Source: Pirellulales bacterium
GTDB taxonomy: Bacteria; Planctomycetota; Planctomycetia; Pirellulales; PALSA-1355
Assembly (NCBI GenBank): GCA_963733035.1
Contig: CAVTBU010000005.1
Location: 2,624,001 to 2,688,000, forward strand
Length of the DNA stretch: 64,000 nt
Reading direction: 5' to 3'
This document shows positions 51,622-62,202 of the stretch, in pieces. The first letter of the stretch is position 1. Each line of letters starts with the position of its first letter. Both the position numbers and the translations under genes were made by a program. The notes under the pieces are model-generated. The model searched no databases and was not told the origin of the DNA. It saw only the letters and a list, made by a program, of their open reading frames with translations.

Positions 51622-53091
51622 TCATTTCGCGACAGCCGCCTTGGACGGAACAATTGCGCCAAGCTCGTCAGCCAGTTTCGCCAGCAAATCTTCCCGCTCG
51701 GCCGATTCGGCCAGGTTCACCGTCTCGCGCGGGTCGGCCTGGTGGTCATATAGCTCTCGCGCCATCACGCTGCCGTCTCTCACGCTCCGCCATTCGACAT
51801 AGCGGTAGCGCGGAGTGCGCATCGCGTACCCCATAGCCACGAGCGGTTCTTCGTCGCTGGGGTAGGCAGGCCTCGTGTGTTGCGTTAGCGCGGCTGGTTT
51901 TACCGCATCGGCGGTCCTTTCGAGGAGCGGACGCAAGCTGCGACCTTCCAGATTCGCAGGCGCCTCCAGCCCGCACAGATCAGCAAGCGTCGGATATAAG
52001 TCGAGCAGCTCGGCCAGCGCGTCGGTCGATTGCCCGCTCGTCGTTTGCGGCGTGGCGATGATCAGCGGCACGCGGGCATCGAGTTCGAAGTTCGAGGTCT
52101 TGGCCCACAGCGTTTGTTCGCCCAGGTGGTAGCCGTGGTCGGACCAGAAAACGACGATCGTATCGTCGCGCAGCCCTTCCTTGTCGAGTGCGTCGAGTAC
52201 CTTGCCGACCTGTGTGTCGAGGTAGCTAATCGCGGCGTAGTAGGCTCGTCGCAGCGCCAGCGTTTCCTCAGGCGTTGGGCGACCGCCGGGGCGGCTGGCA
52301 AACGCCCGCAGGATTTCGCGCGAATCGTGCAGGGCGATGGCCGGCACGCCGCGGGGTGCCTCGGCGGGGTTCGGCGGCAAGATCGTCACGTCTTCGTAGA
52401 GATCCCAATATCGCTTTGGCGCGTTGAACGGTGAGTGGGGCTTCCAAAAACCGACCGCCAAAAAAAACGGCCCGCTGTTGCGTTCGTGCAGTGCTTCGAC
52501 TGCCAGATTGGCGATGCGGCCGTCGAAGTAGGCCTCGTCGGGAACATCGCGAGCTTCGATCTTGGGAATGTCAACCTCGTTCGGCGGCATGGGGCCTTCG
52601 ACCTGTGGTTTGTCGTTGCCGTGGTTGTTGTAGTGCATTACGGCCGGCACGCTCCACGACACCGGATCACCCCGGTACGCGTCCTGCCGCCAATTGTGGA
52701 AGATCTTGCCGATGCACTGCGTGTGGTAGCCGTTCTGCTTGAACAGTTGCGGCAGCGTCACGACATCGGGCCGATTCTCGCGAAAATGCGTCGGTAGATC
52801 CCACACCCGAATCGTGTCGGGCCGCAGGCCGGTGAGCAGCGACGCTCGCGACGGATTGCACACCGCTTGCTGACAATAGGCCCGATTAAACAGCATGCCG
52901 CGCGCGGCCAGCCCGTCGAGATGCGGCGTTTTCGCCAGCGAATCGCCGTAACAGCCCAAGTTGTTGCGCAAGTCGTCCGCAGCGATGAACAAGACGTTGG
53001 GACGCTCGGCGGCGTGGGTGATTGCAGCGAACAGATGGGCCAACAGTCCCAACAACAAGAGCGACTTCATTTTTGACATCGTGTATCTCAT
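51622..53091 (-). CDS. FGly-dependent sulfatase (iduronate-2-sulfatase-like)
   Basis: [26 protein letters not shown]. Confidence 0.92.
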   Translation of the reverse strand: MRYTMSKMKSLLLLGLLAHLFAAITHAAERPNVLFIAADDLRNNLGCYGDSLAKTPHLDGLAARGMLFNRAYCQQAVCNPSRASLLTGLRPDTIRVWDLPTHFRENRPDVVTLPQLFKQNGYHTQCIGKIFHNWRQDAYRGDPVSWSVPAVMHYNNHGNDKPQVEGPMPPNEVDIPKIEARDVPDEAYFDGRIANLAVEALHERNSGPFFLAVGFWKPHSPFNAPKRYWDLYEDVTILPPNPAEAPRGVPAIALHDSREILRAFASRPGGRPTPEETLALRRAYYAAISYLDTQVGKVLDALDKEGLRDDTIVVFWSDHGYHLGEQTLWAKTSNFELDARVPLIIATPQTTSGQSTDALAELLDLYPTLADLCGLEAPANLEGRSLRPLLERTADAVKPAALTQHTRPAYPSDEEPLVAMGYAMRTPRYRYVEWRSVRDGSVMARELYDHQADPRETVNLAESAEREDLLAKLADELGAIVPSKAAVAK

Positions 53092-53214
53092 TCAGTTCGA
53101 TAGGCTGGATCCAACAGGCCGGAATCCTCGCACGCCGGCTGCGCGAAATCCCGCAATGCCGCTGCCTCGACCGGTTTTCATTTCCAGGGCCGCAGTCTCT
53201 GGTCGACTATCATC

Positions 53215-54642
53215 TCATGCCCGGCTGGCAAGTTCAGCAATCGCCTGGCCGTCGGTCACGATGTGCGTCGGGCGGCCGGCTCGGTCGGGAATGGTGACCT
53301 GGCGGTAGTCGATGCCGAGGTGTTGATAGATTGTCGCCAGGAAGTCTTGCGGCCCGAATCGCCGCTCAATGACCTCTTCGCCCCGGCTGTCGGTGGCGCC
53401 AATAATCTGCCCGGTGGCAATGCCGCCGCCGGCCCAAATCATGGAATTGGCGTGCGGCCAATGATCCCGTCCCGGTTGCACCGTGCCCGCCTCTCCGCTG
53501 GCCACCCCGCCGCCGCTGCTGGCAACGTGCGAAATCCGCGGCGTGCGGCCAAACTCGCCGGTCACCACCACCAGCACTCGCTGGTCGAGGCCCCGAGCGT
53601 AGACGTCTTCAATTAGTGCCGACACGGCCTGATCGAAATACGGCGCGCGAAACCGCAGCGCATTGAACACGTGATGGTTGACTGCGTGATCGTCCCAGTT
53701 TTGCACACGGCCGCACAGCGGACCATCGAACGTCGTGGTGACGATCTCAACGCCGGCCTCGACCAGTCGTCGTGCCATCAGGCATTGCTGTCCCCATTGG
53801 TGCATGCCGTAGCGCTCGCGAACCGCTGCATCCTCGCGCGACAGATCAAATGCCTGGGCCGCCGCCGAACTGGTCAACAGATTCAGCGCCTGCGCCTCAT
53901 ATTCGTCCATTGCCCGCATCACGCCCGACTGGTCGATGTTGCGGCGCAGGTTGTCGAACGAATGTCTCAGTTCCACGCGCTCGCGCAAGCGGCGATCCTG
54001 CCCCGGATCGGACAGCCCCACGTTGGGCACTTTGAACTGCGGCGCGCTCGGATCACCCCGAACGGCATACGGCTCGTACGACGGTCCCAAATACGCCGGC
54101 CCGGCAATCGTGAAGCTGTCGTAGCGCGTGATCGGATTGACGCCAATATAGTTGGGTAATTCCCGCGGCTCGCCCGATCGCAAATAATGCGCCACGCTCA
54201 TCAGGTCGGGATACACCGGCACAAGCTTGTCTTGCGCGTCGGGATCGCCCGAGAGCAATTGCAACGAACCTGCCGGATGACCGCCACCGGTGTGGGCCAT
54301 CGAGCGGAGCAGGGCGAACTTGTCGGAAAGCTGCGCTTGCCGCGGCAGCAGTTCAGTCAGCCATATGCCGGGCGTCCTGGTGGCCAGCGGTTTGAACGGT
54401 CCGGTGTACTCGCTCCCCGCGTGCGGCTTGGGATCGTACGTATCCAGGTGGCTGCACCCGCCGCGCAGCCAAACAATGATCACCGCCGTGCGCGGTTGCG
54501 ACGACGCAGAGGCCGAGGCCGCGCGCAGCCGCAGCAGCCCCGGCAGCGTCAGTCCCCCCAACCCGGCCAACCCCACGCGCAGAAACTCGCGGCGCGAGCC
54601 ATTGCCAACGCGAATCGGATCGTTGTGAACCGTGGTATGCAT
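53215..54642 (-). CDS. DUF1501 protein
   Basis: SRREFL Tat-like motif, GG.SHLDTYDPKP, ARRLVEAGV, WDDH, GEFGRTP, GRDHW. Confidence 0.9.
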   Translation of the reverse strand: MHTTVHNDPIRVGNGSRREFLRVGLAGLGGLTLPGLLRLRAASASASSQPRTAVIIVWLRGGCSHLDTYDPKPHAGSEYTGPFKPLATRTPGIWLTELLPRQAQLSDKFALLRSMAHTGGGHPAGSLQLLSGDPDAQDKLVPVYPDLMSVAHYLRSGEPRELPNYIGVNPITRYDSFTIAGPAYLGPSYEPYAVRGDPSAPQFKVPNVGLSDPGQDRRLRERVELRHSFDNLRRNIDQSGVMRAMDEYEAQALNLLTSSAAAQAFDLSREDAAVRERYGMHQWGQQCLMARRLVEAGVEIVTTTFDGPLCGRVQNWDDHAVNHHVFNALRFRAPYFDQAVSALIEDVYARGLDQRVLVVVTGEFGRTPRISHVASSGGGVASGEAGTVQPGRDHWPHANSMIWAGGGIATGQIIGATDSRGEEVIERRFGPQDFLATIYQHLGIDYRQVTIPDRAGRPTHIVTDGQAIAELASRA

Positions 54643-54739
54643 GGAGGGCGAAGCGGCGGGAGAATCAAAGGCGGCACTGCTGCTACCCGCAACTATACAG
54701 TTGGCAGCCCCAGAATCAAAGGATACGATGCCCAGCATC

Positions 54740-54825
54740 GGCCGGATGGCGAAATTGGCAGACGCACGGGACTTAAAATCCCGTGGAGGGAAACCTCCGT
54801 GCGGGTTCGATCCCCGCTCCGGCCA
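54740..54825 (+). tRNA. tRNA-Leu(TAA)
   Basis: GGCCGGA/TCCGGCC acceptor stem, anticodon loop CTTAAAA, long variable arm, GTTCGA; CCA not encoded. Confidence 0.95.
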
Positions 54826-54875
54826 CTCCAACTTGAACCTCGAAAACACGTGTCTACAAGGCGTTCTTGAGGTCT

Positions 54876-55010
54876 GATCGCGTGTTGAGGCTCTTGCGGG
54901 TCCGGTTGAGATGACGTGGGGGTCGATGGCGGCAATCGGCGTCGGTTTGTCGTTGCCGAAAACTCGCACAAGCGGTATCTGCGCATGGCACGGAACCGGC
55001 TGAATCAACC
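54876..55010 (+). pseudogene. Degenerate C-terminal remnant of an N4/N6 DNA methyltransferase
   Basis: Across frames: DRVL..CGSG...RRFVVAE...YLRMARNRL, resembling VLDPF.GSG...RRFIG.E...Y...A..R. Confidence 0.4.
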
Positions 55011-55044
55011 TGACTTGAAGTTCTTCGAGTTTTCGTCGTTTGCT

Positions 55045-55221
55045 CTAATGGACGACTCCCAATCCTTCGAGAAAACTGTACTTGTCCCAGTCGACCCAGC
55101 TCTCGACGAGTTTGCCGCCCTCGTAGCGGTCTGTGTGAACGCCGGTCCATGTGCTCGTCTTGCCGGTTGCGGACCGGTTCTCGAATGTGCCCATGTGCTT
55201 GCCGGTCAATCGCCAACGTGC
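55045..55221 (-). pseudogene. C-terminal half of a SnoaL-like ester cyclase
   Basis: ARWRLTGKHMGTF...TGK...WTG....RYEGGKLVESWVDWD...LG*; N-terminus missing. Confidence 0.75.
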
Positions 55222-55538
55222 TCAACGAACCCTCGCGGAAAGCGTGGGAACAGGCCGACGAACAGACCATCGCGGCTTACAATGAGCTCGCACCGCAAAT
55301 TAAAGTTACCAATCCACCTCAGTCGGGCGATGGATCCGGCCTGGTCGATCCGCAGGAGATCGCCACGGCGTTGCACCTATACCGCGAAGCAATGCATGAC
55401 GCGAATTTCAAGCGTAATGTTCACGTCAAGGGATTCGATTTCGATGCCGCGGCCGCGCACAACAAGCAACAGCTTCGGCGACGGCTAGAGCGCGCAAGTC
55501 AAAAGCGGAGTCCAGAGCGGCGCGGACCAATCGGCTGA
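55222..55538 (+). pseudogene. 5'-truncated unknown gene, possibly a toxin C-terminus
   Basis: Open frame starting at the cyclase breakpoint and ending 22 bp before the SMI1 gene. Confidence 0.4.
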
Positions 55539-55560
55539 TGCGCATTCGTACCGCAGAGTC

Positions 55561-56427
55561 ATGTTACCATCATTTCCCATACTCGATTTGCTTCAAGACT
55601 GCTGTGATCCGCCGTTAACGCCCGAAACATTGGCGGACTTGCAGGCCAGGCTCGGCCGACGGTTTCCGCGGGAATACGCCGACTTTCTCTTGCAGTTTAA
55701 CGGCGGCCACTTCACGCGTTCGGTCGAGTATTCGATTCCGAATCCGACAAAGTTCGTCACCGGTGGCCTGATGAAGTCCTTCCTCGGCGAGCCGAATGAC
55801 GGATACGAGACGAACGGGCTGGCATGGTGGGCTGACACGCTAAGTGATCGCCTTCCTCCCGAATTCCTAGCAATCGCGGAATGTAACTTCAGCGATTACG
55901 TGCTGCTGAAGTTGGTGGGACCTGATTCACAATTCATGGGCGTGTGGCATTGGAATACATCGGCGATCGACGATGAACCAGTTTTCTATTGGCTGGCAGA
56001 TTCGTTTTTCGAGTTCCTCTCGATGCTCGTCTACGACATCTGTACCTACGAGGAGGAGCGCGAGACCCAGCCGCTGTTCCAGGCCATTAAGCGTGGGGCT
56101 ATCACCACCGTCGAACAATACTTGACGCAGGGTGGCGACGTCGAGGCGCGCAACGAGCATGGGCATACTCTACTAATGGCTGCGGCGATCCATCGCTGGC
56201 CAAAGCTTGTCCGCCTCTTGCTGGGGCATTCTGCGAATGTGAAGGCTCGTGACAAGACTGGGCAAACGCCGCTACACCACGCCGCTGTACACTCGCTCGA
56301 CAGTGTTCAGTTACTTCTTGCTGCCGGTGCTGACGCGACGGCACAGGACAACGCAGGAAAAGACGTGCTCGGAGATTGGTGTTATCGCGCCGATCAGATC
56401 TTGCGAGCGCACGGGGCGAAAGAATAA
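55561..56427 (+). CDS. SMI1/KNR4 (SUKH) domain plus ankyrin repeats, immunity-like
   Basis: LG..FP.EY..FLLQFNGG, LADSF.EFL; ankyrin motifs GHTLLMAA and GQTPLHHA. Confidence 0.85.
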   Translation: MLPSFPILDLLQDCCDPPLTPETLADLQARLGRRFPREYADFLLQFNGGHFTRSVEYSIPNPTKFVTGGLMKSFLGEPNDGYETNGLAWWADTLSDRLPPEFLAIAECNFSDYVLLKLVGPDSQFMGVWHWNTSAIDDEPVFYWLADSFFEFLSMLVYDICTYEEERETQPLFQAIKRGAITTVEQYLTQGGDVEARNEHGHTLLMAAAIHRWPKLVRLLLGHSANVKARDKTGQTPLHHAAVHSLDSVQLLLAAGADATAQDNAGKDVLGDWCYRADQILRAHGAKE

Positions 56428-56466
56428 TCGCTGATTTCCACGACGACTGCCGATATGAGCCATCTG

Positions 56467-56582
56467 GCCAAAGTGGCCATTGTTGCCTGCATGCGAAAGC
56501 GATTAATCCTACTCAACACGATTCTCAAAACTCAAACGCCCTGTCGGGTCTTCAAAACTGCTTGACATTCAACACAGTCGCT
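56467..56582 (+). mobile_element. IS110-family remnant (transposase C-terminus and right end)
   Basis: AKVAIVACMRKRLILLNTILKTQTP...* followed by TTGACATTCAACACAGTCGCT. Confidence 0.7.
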
Positions 56583-56804
56583 CATCCCGACTTGTCGGGA
56601 GCCGCCTTAGCAGAGCGGCGACGCCGCCATAGCATCTACCTTCCAAATTAATTGTTTCCGTCTGCTACAATCACCCACTATGGAACATCCTGCGCGGCGG
56701 TGCATTTGCGCTGATTGCTTGGTTTCGATGTACCCGCCGGCATTCATTCGCTCCGGCAGATGATTCCGGCGCGCCGAAAACCTAGGCCAACGGCGAACGC
56801 AGCC

Positions 56805-58268
56805 ATGTACAAATCCAACTCGCGAAATCCCTCGACGACGTTCACCAGTGTGATCGGTATGGTGGCGATGCTGGCTCTTCTGCCAACGGCGGTCGGACTA
56901 GCGCATGCAGAAGCCAACGACTTTCGTGTCCCGGCAGGCCAGCGTCAACTCTTTTTGGATGATTACGGTGTGACCACAATCGAGAATCTGAACCGCCAGA
57001 TGCACCGGCCGGAAAAACACGGGGCGGTGATTCGCAGTCCGCGTCCGAAGCAAACCATCCAGACTCGAACGGCCCCGGTATGGGATCCGCAAGTGGAAGT
57101 TTACAAGCTATGGGTCCTTGGAATCGATGAGAACCTGTGGCAAAGCCGAGACGGGCTGAATTGGACTCCCGGCCCAAAAACCAACATGCGGATTGATATG
57201 GCCGTGTACGATCCGCGCGAATCCGATCCTAACCGCCGGTTCAAGGCACCGCTTTTAAACGAAGGTTTTGCCGTGTCGGCCGATGGAGCGCAATGGACGA
57301 AGCTCGATGTTGCGAAGATTACGAGTTCCGACGAGGGCAATTTCAGCTACGACCCGAATGCGGAGCTGTTCCTCCATACGGTCAAACGAGGTGGCCAGCA
57401 CGGTCGCTCCGTGGCGCTGGCCAGCAGCCGAGATTTCAAAACTTGGACCGACCTTGGTCTTGTATTCCAGGCCGACGATCGCGATCAACAACTGGGCAAG
57501 CAAAACATCGAGGCGCGGAAGGCTGACAAGACACTCGAACAGACTCTCTACGACGATTCGAACGTGTACAACGTGGACGTGTATAACATGGGTGTGTTTC
57601 GGTACGAGGGGATGTACATTGGCTTGCCAGCAATGTTCCACGCGACCGGTCCGGTTCCGAATTACCCAAACACCGACGGCTTTCATATCGTCGAGTTGGC
57701 GTGTAGTCGCGACCTGAAGGACTGGAAGCGGCTAGGTGATCGACAAGCGTTTATCGGCCCTTCGCGCATCGATTCAGGGGCCTACGACTTGACTCAAATC
57801 CTACCACCGTCGGCGCCGGTCGTTCGCGATGATGAGCTGTGGTTCTACTATACTGGCTTGAAGTGGCGAAGTTCTTTTACTTACCTGGGCACATACCCCA
57901 ATGGCGAGCATGTGCCGCTTCCTGGTCGAAATCGCGACGGCGGTGCCGTCTGCCTGGCCGTGCTTCGTCGCGACGGCTTCGTGTCGCTCGATGCTGGCGA
58001 GGAAGAAGGGAGCGTTGTCACTCGGCCGTTCAAGCTGCCGGCCGGTAAGCTATATGCCAATGCGGATGCCCAGCATGGCGAACTGCGTGTCGAGGTGTGC
58101 GATATTCAAGGCACGCTCCTCGCCACGTCAGAAGTCGTTCAAGGCGACCTCACGCAGATTGAAATCCGCTGGAAACAAGGCACGCTCGCGGATTTGAAGG
58201 AGCAACCGGTGAGCCTTCGGTTCAAGATGCGCAACGCCAGACTTTACTCATATTGGCTGGCGGATTAG
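56805..58268 (+). CDS. Secreted hypothetical protein, glycoside-hydrolase-like beta-propeller
   Basis: RQLFLDD, S.DG..W and SRD...W repeats, LRRDGFVSL, ARLYS. Confidence 0.7.
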   Translation: MYKSNSRNPSTTFTSVIGMVAMLALLPTAVGLAHAEANDFRVPAGQRQLFLDDYGVTTIENLNRQMHRPEKHGAVIRSPRPKQTIQTRTAPVWDPQVEVYKLWVLGIDENLWQSRDGLNWTPGPKTNMRIDMAVYDPRESDPNRRFKAPLLNEGFAVSADGAQWTKLDVAKITSSDEGNFSYDPNAELFLHTVKRGGQHGRSVALASSRDFKTWTDLGLVFQADDRDQQLGKQNIEARKADKTLEQTLYDDSNVYNVDVYNMGVFRYEGMYIGLPAMFHATGPVPNYPNTDGFHIVELACSRDLKDWKRLGDRQAFIGPSRIDSGAYDLTQILPPSAPVVRDDELWFYYTGLKWRSSFTYLGTYPNGEHVPLPGRNRDGGAVCLAVLRRDGFVSLDAGEEEGSVVTRPFKLPAGKLYANADAQHGELRVEVCDIQGTLLATSEVVQGDLTQIEIRWKQGTLADLKEQPVSLRFKMRNARLYSYWLAD

Positions 58269-58461
58269 CTCGTAGCCAGGCTCACCGATAGGAGTGCCAA
58301 TGGCCCGCGCGCCTCGGACGAAACCGGTCACGCGTTCCGAGAAAGGGGTTCTGCGATTCGCAAATCAAGCCGCGTTCGCGAAGTCCCCTTGTTGTCCGGC
58401 GCGATCGATGCATTAAGATGGTTTCCGGTTCCGGCGCCTGACGGATGCGAGGGGTGCGACA

Positions 58462-59841
58462 ATGCGGACCTGTTTTTCTCGAGATTGGCCTGGCAGTTCG
58501 ACGCGGCGCGAGTTTCTGCGTGCCGGGGCCCTAGCGCTGGGTGGGCTGACGCTGGCCGACGTGCTGCGTGCTCGAGCGGCCGCGGGAGCAGCTTCGAGCG
58601 AAACCTCGGTCGTCTTGTTCTACATGTGGGGCGGGCCGTCGCACCTGGAGACCTACGACCTGAAGCCGGCGGCCCCGGTTGAATACCGGAGTGTCTTCCG
58701 GCCGATCTCCACCCGCGTGCCGGGCATGGAAATCTGCGAGCTGTTTCCCCGTCAGGCGCAACTCGCCGACCGTTTTTCGCTGCTACGCTCGCTCAACCAC
58801 GAGATTAACATCCACAACGACGCGGCCATCGAGGTGCTCACCGGCAAACGACCAACCCGGCTCGACCCGACGTCGCAGGCTACCAGTGAGCATCCTGATT
58901 TTGCGATGATCGCGGCGCATCAGCGCGGCGCGGCGGGTGGCGCGATGCCGCAGTACGTGGCTTTGCCCAACGCGCTGCACATGACACGGCCGACCTATCT
59001 GGGTGTGGAATGCGCGCCGTTCGTGGTGGGCAATACGGCTGACGATCAATACGCGTCTCCGCAATTGAAAATGGCAGCCGGACTCGACGCCGCCACGCTT
59101 GCGAACCGGCATGCCTTGGTCACCCAGCTTGATCACATGCGGCGGGGTCTCGATCAATATGCGGCACTGGAAGCCACTGACAAGTTTCGCGAGCAGGCGT
59201 TCCAACTCTTGGCCAGTCCGCAGATCGCCAACGCGTTTGACCTATCACGCGAAGGGGAAGCCACGCGCGAGCGCTACGGTCGTAATGTATGGGGACAAGC
59301 CTGCCTGTTGGCACGCCGCCTGGCGGAAGCCAAGACCGCCGTGGTAACGATCTATGCGAATACACCGGCCAATGGGCCCGAGTTCACCAACTGGGACGAT
59401 CACCCCGACAACGCCGGCCGACCGGGCCATTTCGGCGACTTCATGCGCACACGCTTGCCTTACATGGACCAGGCGCTCGCAGCACTTATCGACGATATCT
59501 ATAGTCGCGGTCTCGACCGACGAGTTCTGTTAGTCGCCGTCGGCGAATTCGGGCGCACGCCCAAGATCAGCTACCGTCAGTCGACCGGATCGACTGGCCG
59601 CGACCATTGGCCGCAAGCCTATTCCGCCCTGGTCTCGGGGGGCGGCTTGCGGATGGGCCAGGTTGTCGGCGCTACGAACTCCAAGGGTGAATATCCTAGC
59701 GAGCGGCCTTTGTCACCGCAGGACTTGCTAGCCACCATCTATCGTCATCTGGACATCGACCCGCATCGTTCGATTCACGATTTCAGCGGTCGACCGATCC
59801 CCATCCTCTCCACGGGCGAGCCCATCGCTGAACTCATCTAG
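58462..59841 (+). CDS. DUF1501 protein
   Basis: TRREFL, GGPSHLETYD.KP, WDDH, GEFGRTP, GRDHWP. Confidence 0.9.
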   Translation: MRTCFSRDWPGSSTRREFLRAGALALGGLTLADVLRARAAAGAASSETSVVLFYMWGGPSHLETYDLKPAAPVEYRSVFRPISTRVPGMEICELFPRQAQLADRFSLLRSLNHEINIHNDAAIEVLTGKRPTRLDPTSQATSEHPDFAMIAAHQRGAAGGAMPQYVALPNALHMTRPTYLGVECAPFVVGNTADDQYASPQLKMAAGLDAATLANRHALVTQLDHMRRGLDQYAALEATDKFREQAFQLLASPQIANAFDLSREGEATRERYGRNVWGQACLLARRLAEAKTAVVTIYANTPANGPEFTNWDDHPDNAGRPGHFGDFMRTRLPYMDQALAALIDDIYSRGLDRRVLLVAVGEFGRTPKISYRQSTGSTGRDHWPQAYSALVSGGGLRMGQVVGATNSKGEYPSERPLSPQDLLATIYRHLDIDPHRSIHDFSGRPIPILSTGEPIAELI

Positions 59842-59918
59842 TCGCGTACAGTCGCGATGGGAAAATCGCCCGGTTTGGTCACCAGCAGCGGAATACTCAT
59901 TCGAGCTTTTCCGTTCCT

Positions 59919-61064
59919 CTAATCCGCCCGCGCCAGGGCGTCCAACTCGCTGAGTTTGAGGCGGACGCTGAGAATGTAGGGCTCCTGCCCCTTGGTCCAG
60001 TGACCGTAGGTTGTGACGACGAAGGTGTCGTCGGGCAGATGCTCGACGCCAGGGTAGGCCGTGTCGTAGCCCTTGGTGTTCTGTTTGAGTCGCACGAAGT
60101 ACTGACCTTCGCGTCCCTGTTCGAGGTCGTCCCAGGTGCCGACCCAAGCGACCCAGTCGTGCTCAAACGGGCGCGTGCCGGCCGCCTGGCGCGGCGAGTT
60201 GCAGCGAAAGCTGATCAAGAGCCGCCCATCGTCGGCATACTTGCCCGTATGGCGGTCGCCCGTGAGCGCCAGCGGCACTTCGCGGGGTTCGGTCCAGTTC
60301 TGCCCTTCGTCGTCGGAAAAGATGACGTGCGAGTTCTTCCGACGCGCATTCTCACGCAGCAAGACGGCCAGCCGTTTGCCATCGGGCGAGCGGATGCAAC
60401 CGGGTTCGCACAGGTTGACTTCCGATGACTGGTACACGACGTCTGGAAACGACCAGTTCAGGCCGCCGTCGGTGGAAAAGGTTTTGTACAGCGTGAAGGT
60501 GGGCGTCACCTTGCCGTCTTTGGTAAAGAAGCGGCCGTCGTCGTGGAACATGGCCAGATAGTGGCCCGCGCCGGTGGCCAGGGGTTCGACGAAACCCATG
60601 ACGACGATTCCGCCCCAATCGCCGACCGGTTTCAGTTCGCTCCACTGTACTCCGTCGTCTTCGGTCACGGCCAGCCGCGCCGGATACAAGCCCGACCACA
60701 TAATGATGCGCTTCTTGCCGTCGGGCCCCACGACGCGATGCAGCGTTGGCACTTCTTTCGACGTCGCCCAACTCGCGGGCGTCGCCAGCCGATCGCTCCA
60801 AGTTCGCCCGCCGTCGGAACTGCGTTTGTACACAATCGGTCCGCGGCCGTGCCCCTTCGGATACACGCACAACATCGTGCGACCGTCCTCGAGCAGACAC
60901 GTCGTCGGATGACCCAAATACTGCCCCGGCTCGCGGTCAACAATCACCTGCCGCTGAGATTGATCGTTCAGGTCGATTAACGTCGGATAGGCACCGTCCG
61001 CCGGAGCCGCGGTAAGAAGCGGCCCGCAGGCAATCAGCGGCAGTAGAGACAACCTAGTTCGCAT
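59919..61064 (-). CDS. Sialidase-like BNR/Asp-box protein
   Basis: Four Asp boxes (SSDGGRTW, TEDDGVQW, STDGGLNW, SDDEGQNW); signal peptide. Confidence 0.85.
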   Translation of the reverse strand: MRTRLSLLPLIACGPLLTAAPADGAYPTLIDLNDQSQRQVIVDREPGQYLGHPTTCLLEDGRTMLCVYPKGHGRGPIVYKRSSDGGRTWSDRLATPASWATSKEVPTLHRVVGPDGKKRIIMWSGLYPARLAVTEDDGVQWSELKPVGDWGGIVVMGFVEPLATGAGHYLAMFHDDGRFFTKDGKVTPTFTLYKTFSTDGGLNWSFPDVVYQSSEVNLCEPGCIRSPDGKRLAVLLRENARRKNSHVIFSDDEGQNWTEPREVPLALTGDRHTGKYADDGRLLISFRCNSPRQAAGTRPFEHDWVAWVGTWDDLEQGREGQYFVRLKQNTKGYDTAYPGVEHLPDDTFVVTTYGHWTKGQEPYILSVRLKLSELDALARAD

Positions 61065-61067
61065 ACG

Positions 61068-61101
61068 TACGCCCGGCAGGATTCGAACCTGCAACCCTCG
61101 G
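61068..61101 (-). repeat. att-like duplicate of the tRNA-Arg 3' end (34 bp)
   Basis: TACGCCCGGCAGGATTCGAACCTGCAACCCTCGG is identical to 63308-63341. Confidence 0.95.
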
Positions 61102-61416
61102 CTAGGAATTACTGTAGCGCATCGGAAGCAACTATAAACGACTTAAACGAATTGCGTCAAACAACCGACGCCGTGGTGCCCGTATTAGTGCCGAGTGCGT
61201 CGGAAGCTGCCAAGGAGCCGCATTTTCGGGCTGATTTGGCACGCCTCGGGGCCGAGGCGGAACGCCTTCCCCAGGCGATCAGAGCGCGATTGTCGCGCCG
61301 GCCGACGCAGGGAGGGCTCGCGATGCTTGACCTTGATCTTGGCCCGAACCTACCTGACGCTCCTCAGGATGCTGGCCCCAATCAATTCGTCGAGTCGTTC
61401 AAGTGGCAAGATGATT

Positions 61417-61782
61417 TCACCTGAGTTTTGAGACCTCGTTGCCGTTAATGCGTAACGAGGCTGACCAATAACTGGCGTCAATTTGAACGTCAGTAATTGT
61501 CGCGTCAAGCGGACCGACAGGAACGCCGTCAATCGAAATCATTGTTGGCGAAAAAGTGAAGAGGTGACCGCCGGCTTCGATCTCGGTCGTTGCAGTATTC
61601 TCCGAGCAAGAGAATGGGCCCTTAATCGTTGCAGTTGTACCGTTGGGCAGCGATGCCGTACCCGAGACAGTTGACGTCATGCTCACAAATGCGAACAGGC
61701 AAAATGCGACTGCGATGCACAGAAGTACCAGGCGGATTACGACAGCACCGAAGATCGAGCTGGGTTTCGCAATGCATTCCAT
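61417..61782 (-). CDS. Small membrane-anchored hypothetical protein
   Basis: N-terminal hydrophobic helix and beta-rich remainder. Confidence 0.55.
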   Translation of the reverse strand: MECIAKPSSIFGAVVIRLVLLCIAVAFCLFAFVSMTSTVSGTASLPNGTTATIKGPFSCSENTATTEIEAGGHLFTFSPTMISIDGVPVGPLDATITDVQIDASYWSASLRINGNEVSKLR

Positions 61783-61971
61783 TTAAACCGTCCTTGAGCC
61801 GTTGTACAAGCATTCCGGCAGCGATGCAGCGTAGCACGACAATACATTTCACGCCAATAGCAGCATACAAGTGATCGTGGATACATTTCAGTCGGGTAGC
61901 CACCCAAGTTCGGCGACGACGGACACGAGGCACGCGTTCCGAAGACTTTTTGTTAGGGGGAATGCTAGCTC

Positions 61972-62175
61972 ATGCCATGGTTGCCAATCAGTAACTCTTC
62001 ATCCGGCGACGCCTGCCCGCGCGACGATCGCGGCGAGCTATTTGTTCGCAGTAGTCGGCGAACGCGTGATCGCTGGCAGGTTCAATACCTGTGGTGCAAG
62101 AGCTGTCCAGGGACATTCAAGACACGCGTCGATCGCCGCCTTCGGCTTCGGCTTCGCGCCCGATCGCTAAGTTAG
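61972..62175 (+). CDS. Small Ogr/Delta-like zinc-ribbon protein, possibly degenerate
   Basis: CPRD...VRSSR...QYLWCKSC..TFKT. Confidence 0.4.
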   Translation: MPWLPISNSSSGDACPRDDRGELFVRSSRRTRDRWQVQYLWCKSCPGTFKTRVDRRLRLRLRARSLS

Positions 62176-62202
62176 ACTGGGCTAACGCCTACCAATCTCA
62201 CA

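Noticed and set aside
54643..55008. N-terminal extension of the DUF1501 ORF
   Set aside because: It runs through tRNA-Leu; the plausible start is 54642, before the RR motif.
56748..56757. CGCTCCGGC as a possible attR of tRNA-Leu
   Set aside because: Only 9 bp in GC-rich DNA, consistent with chance.
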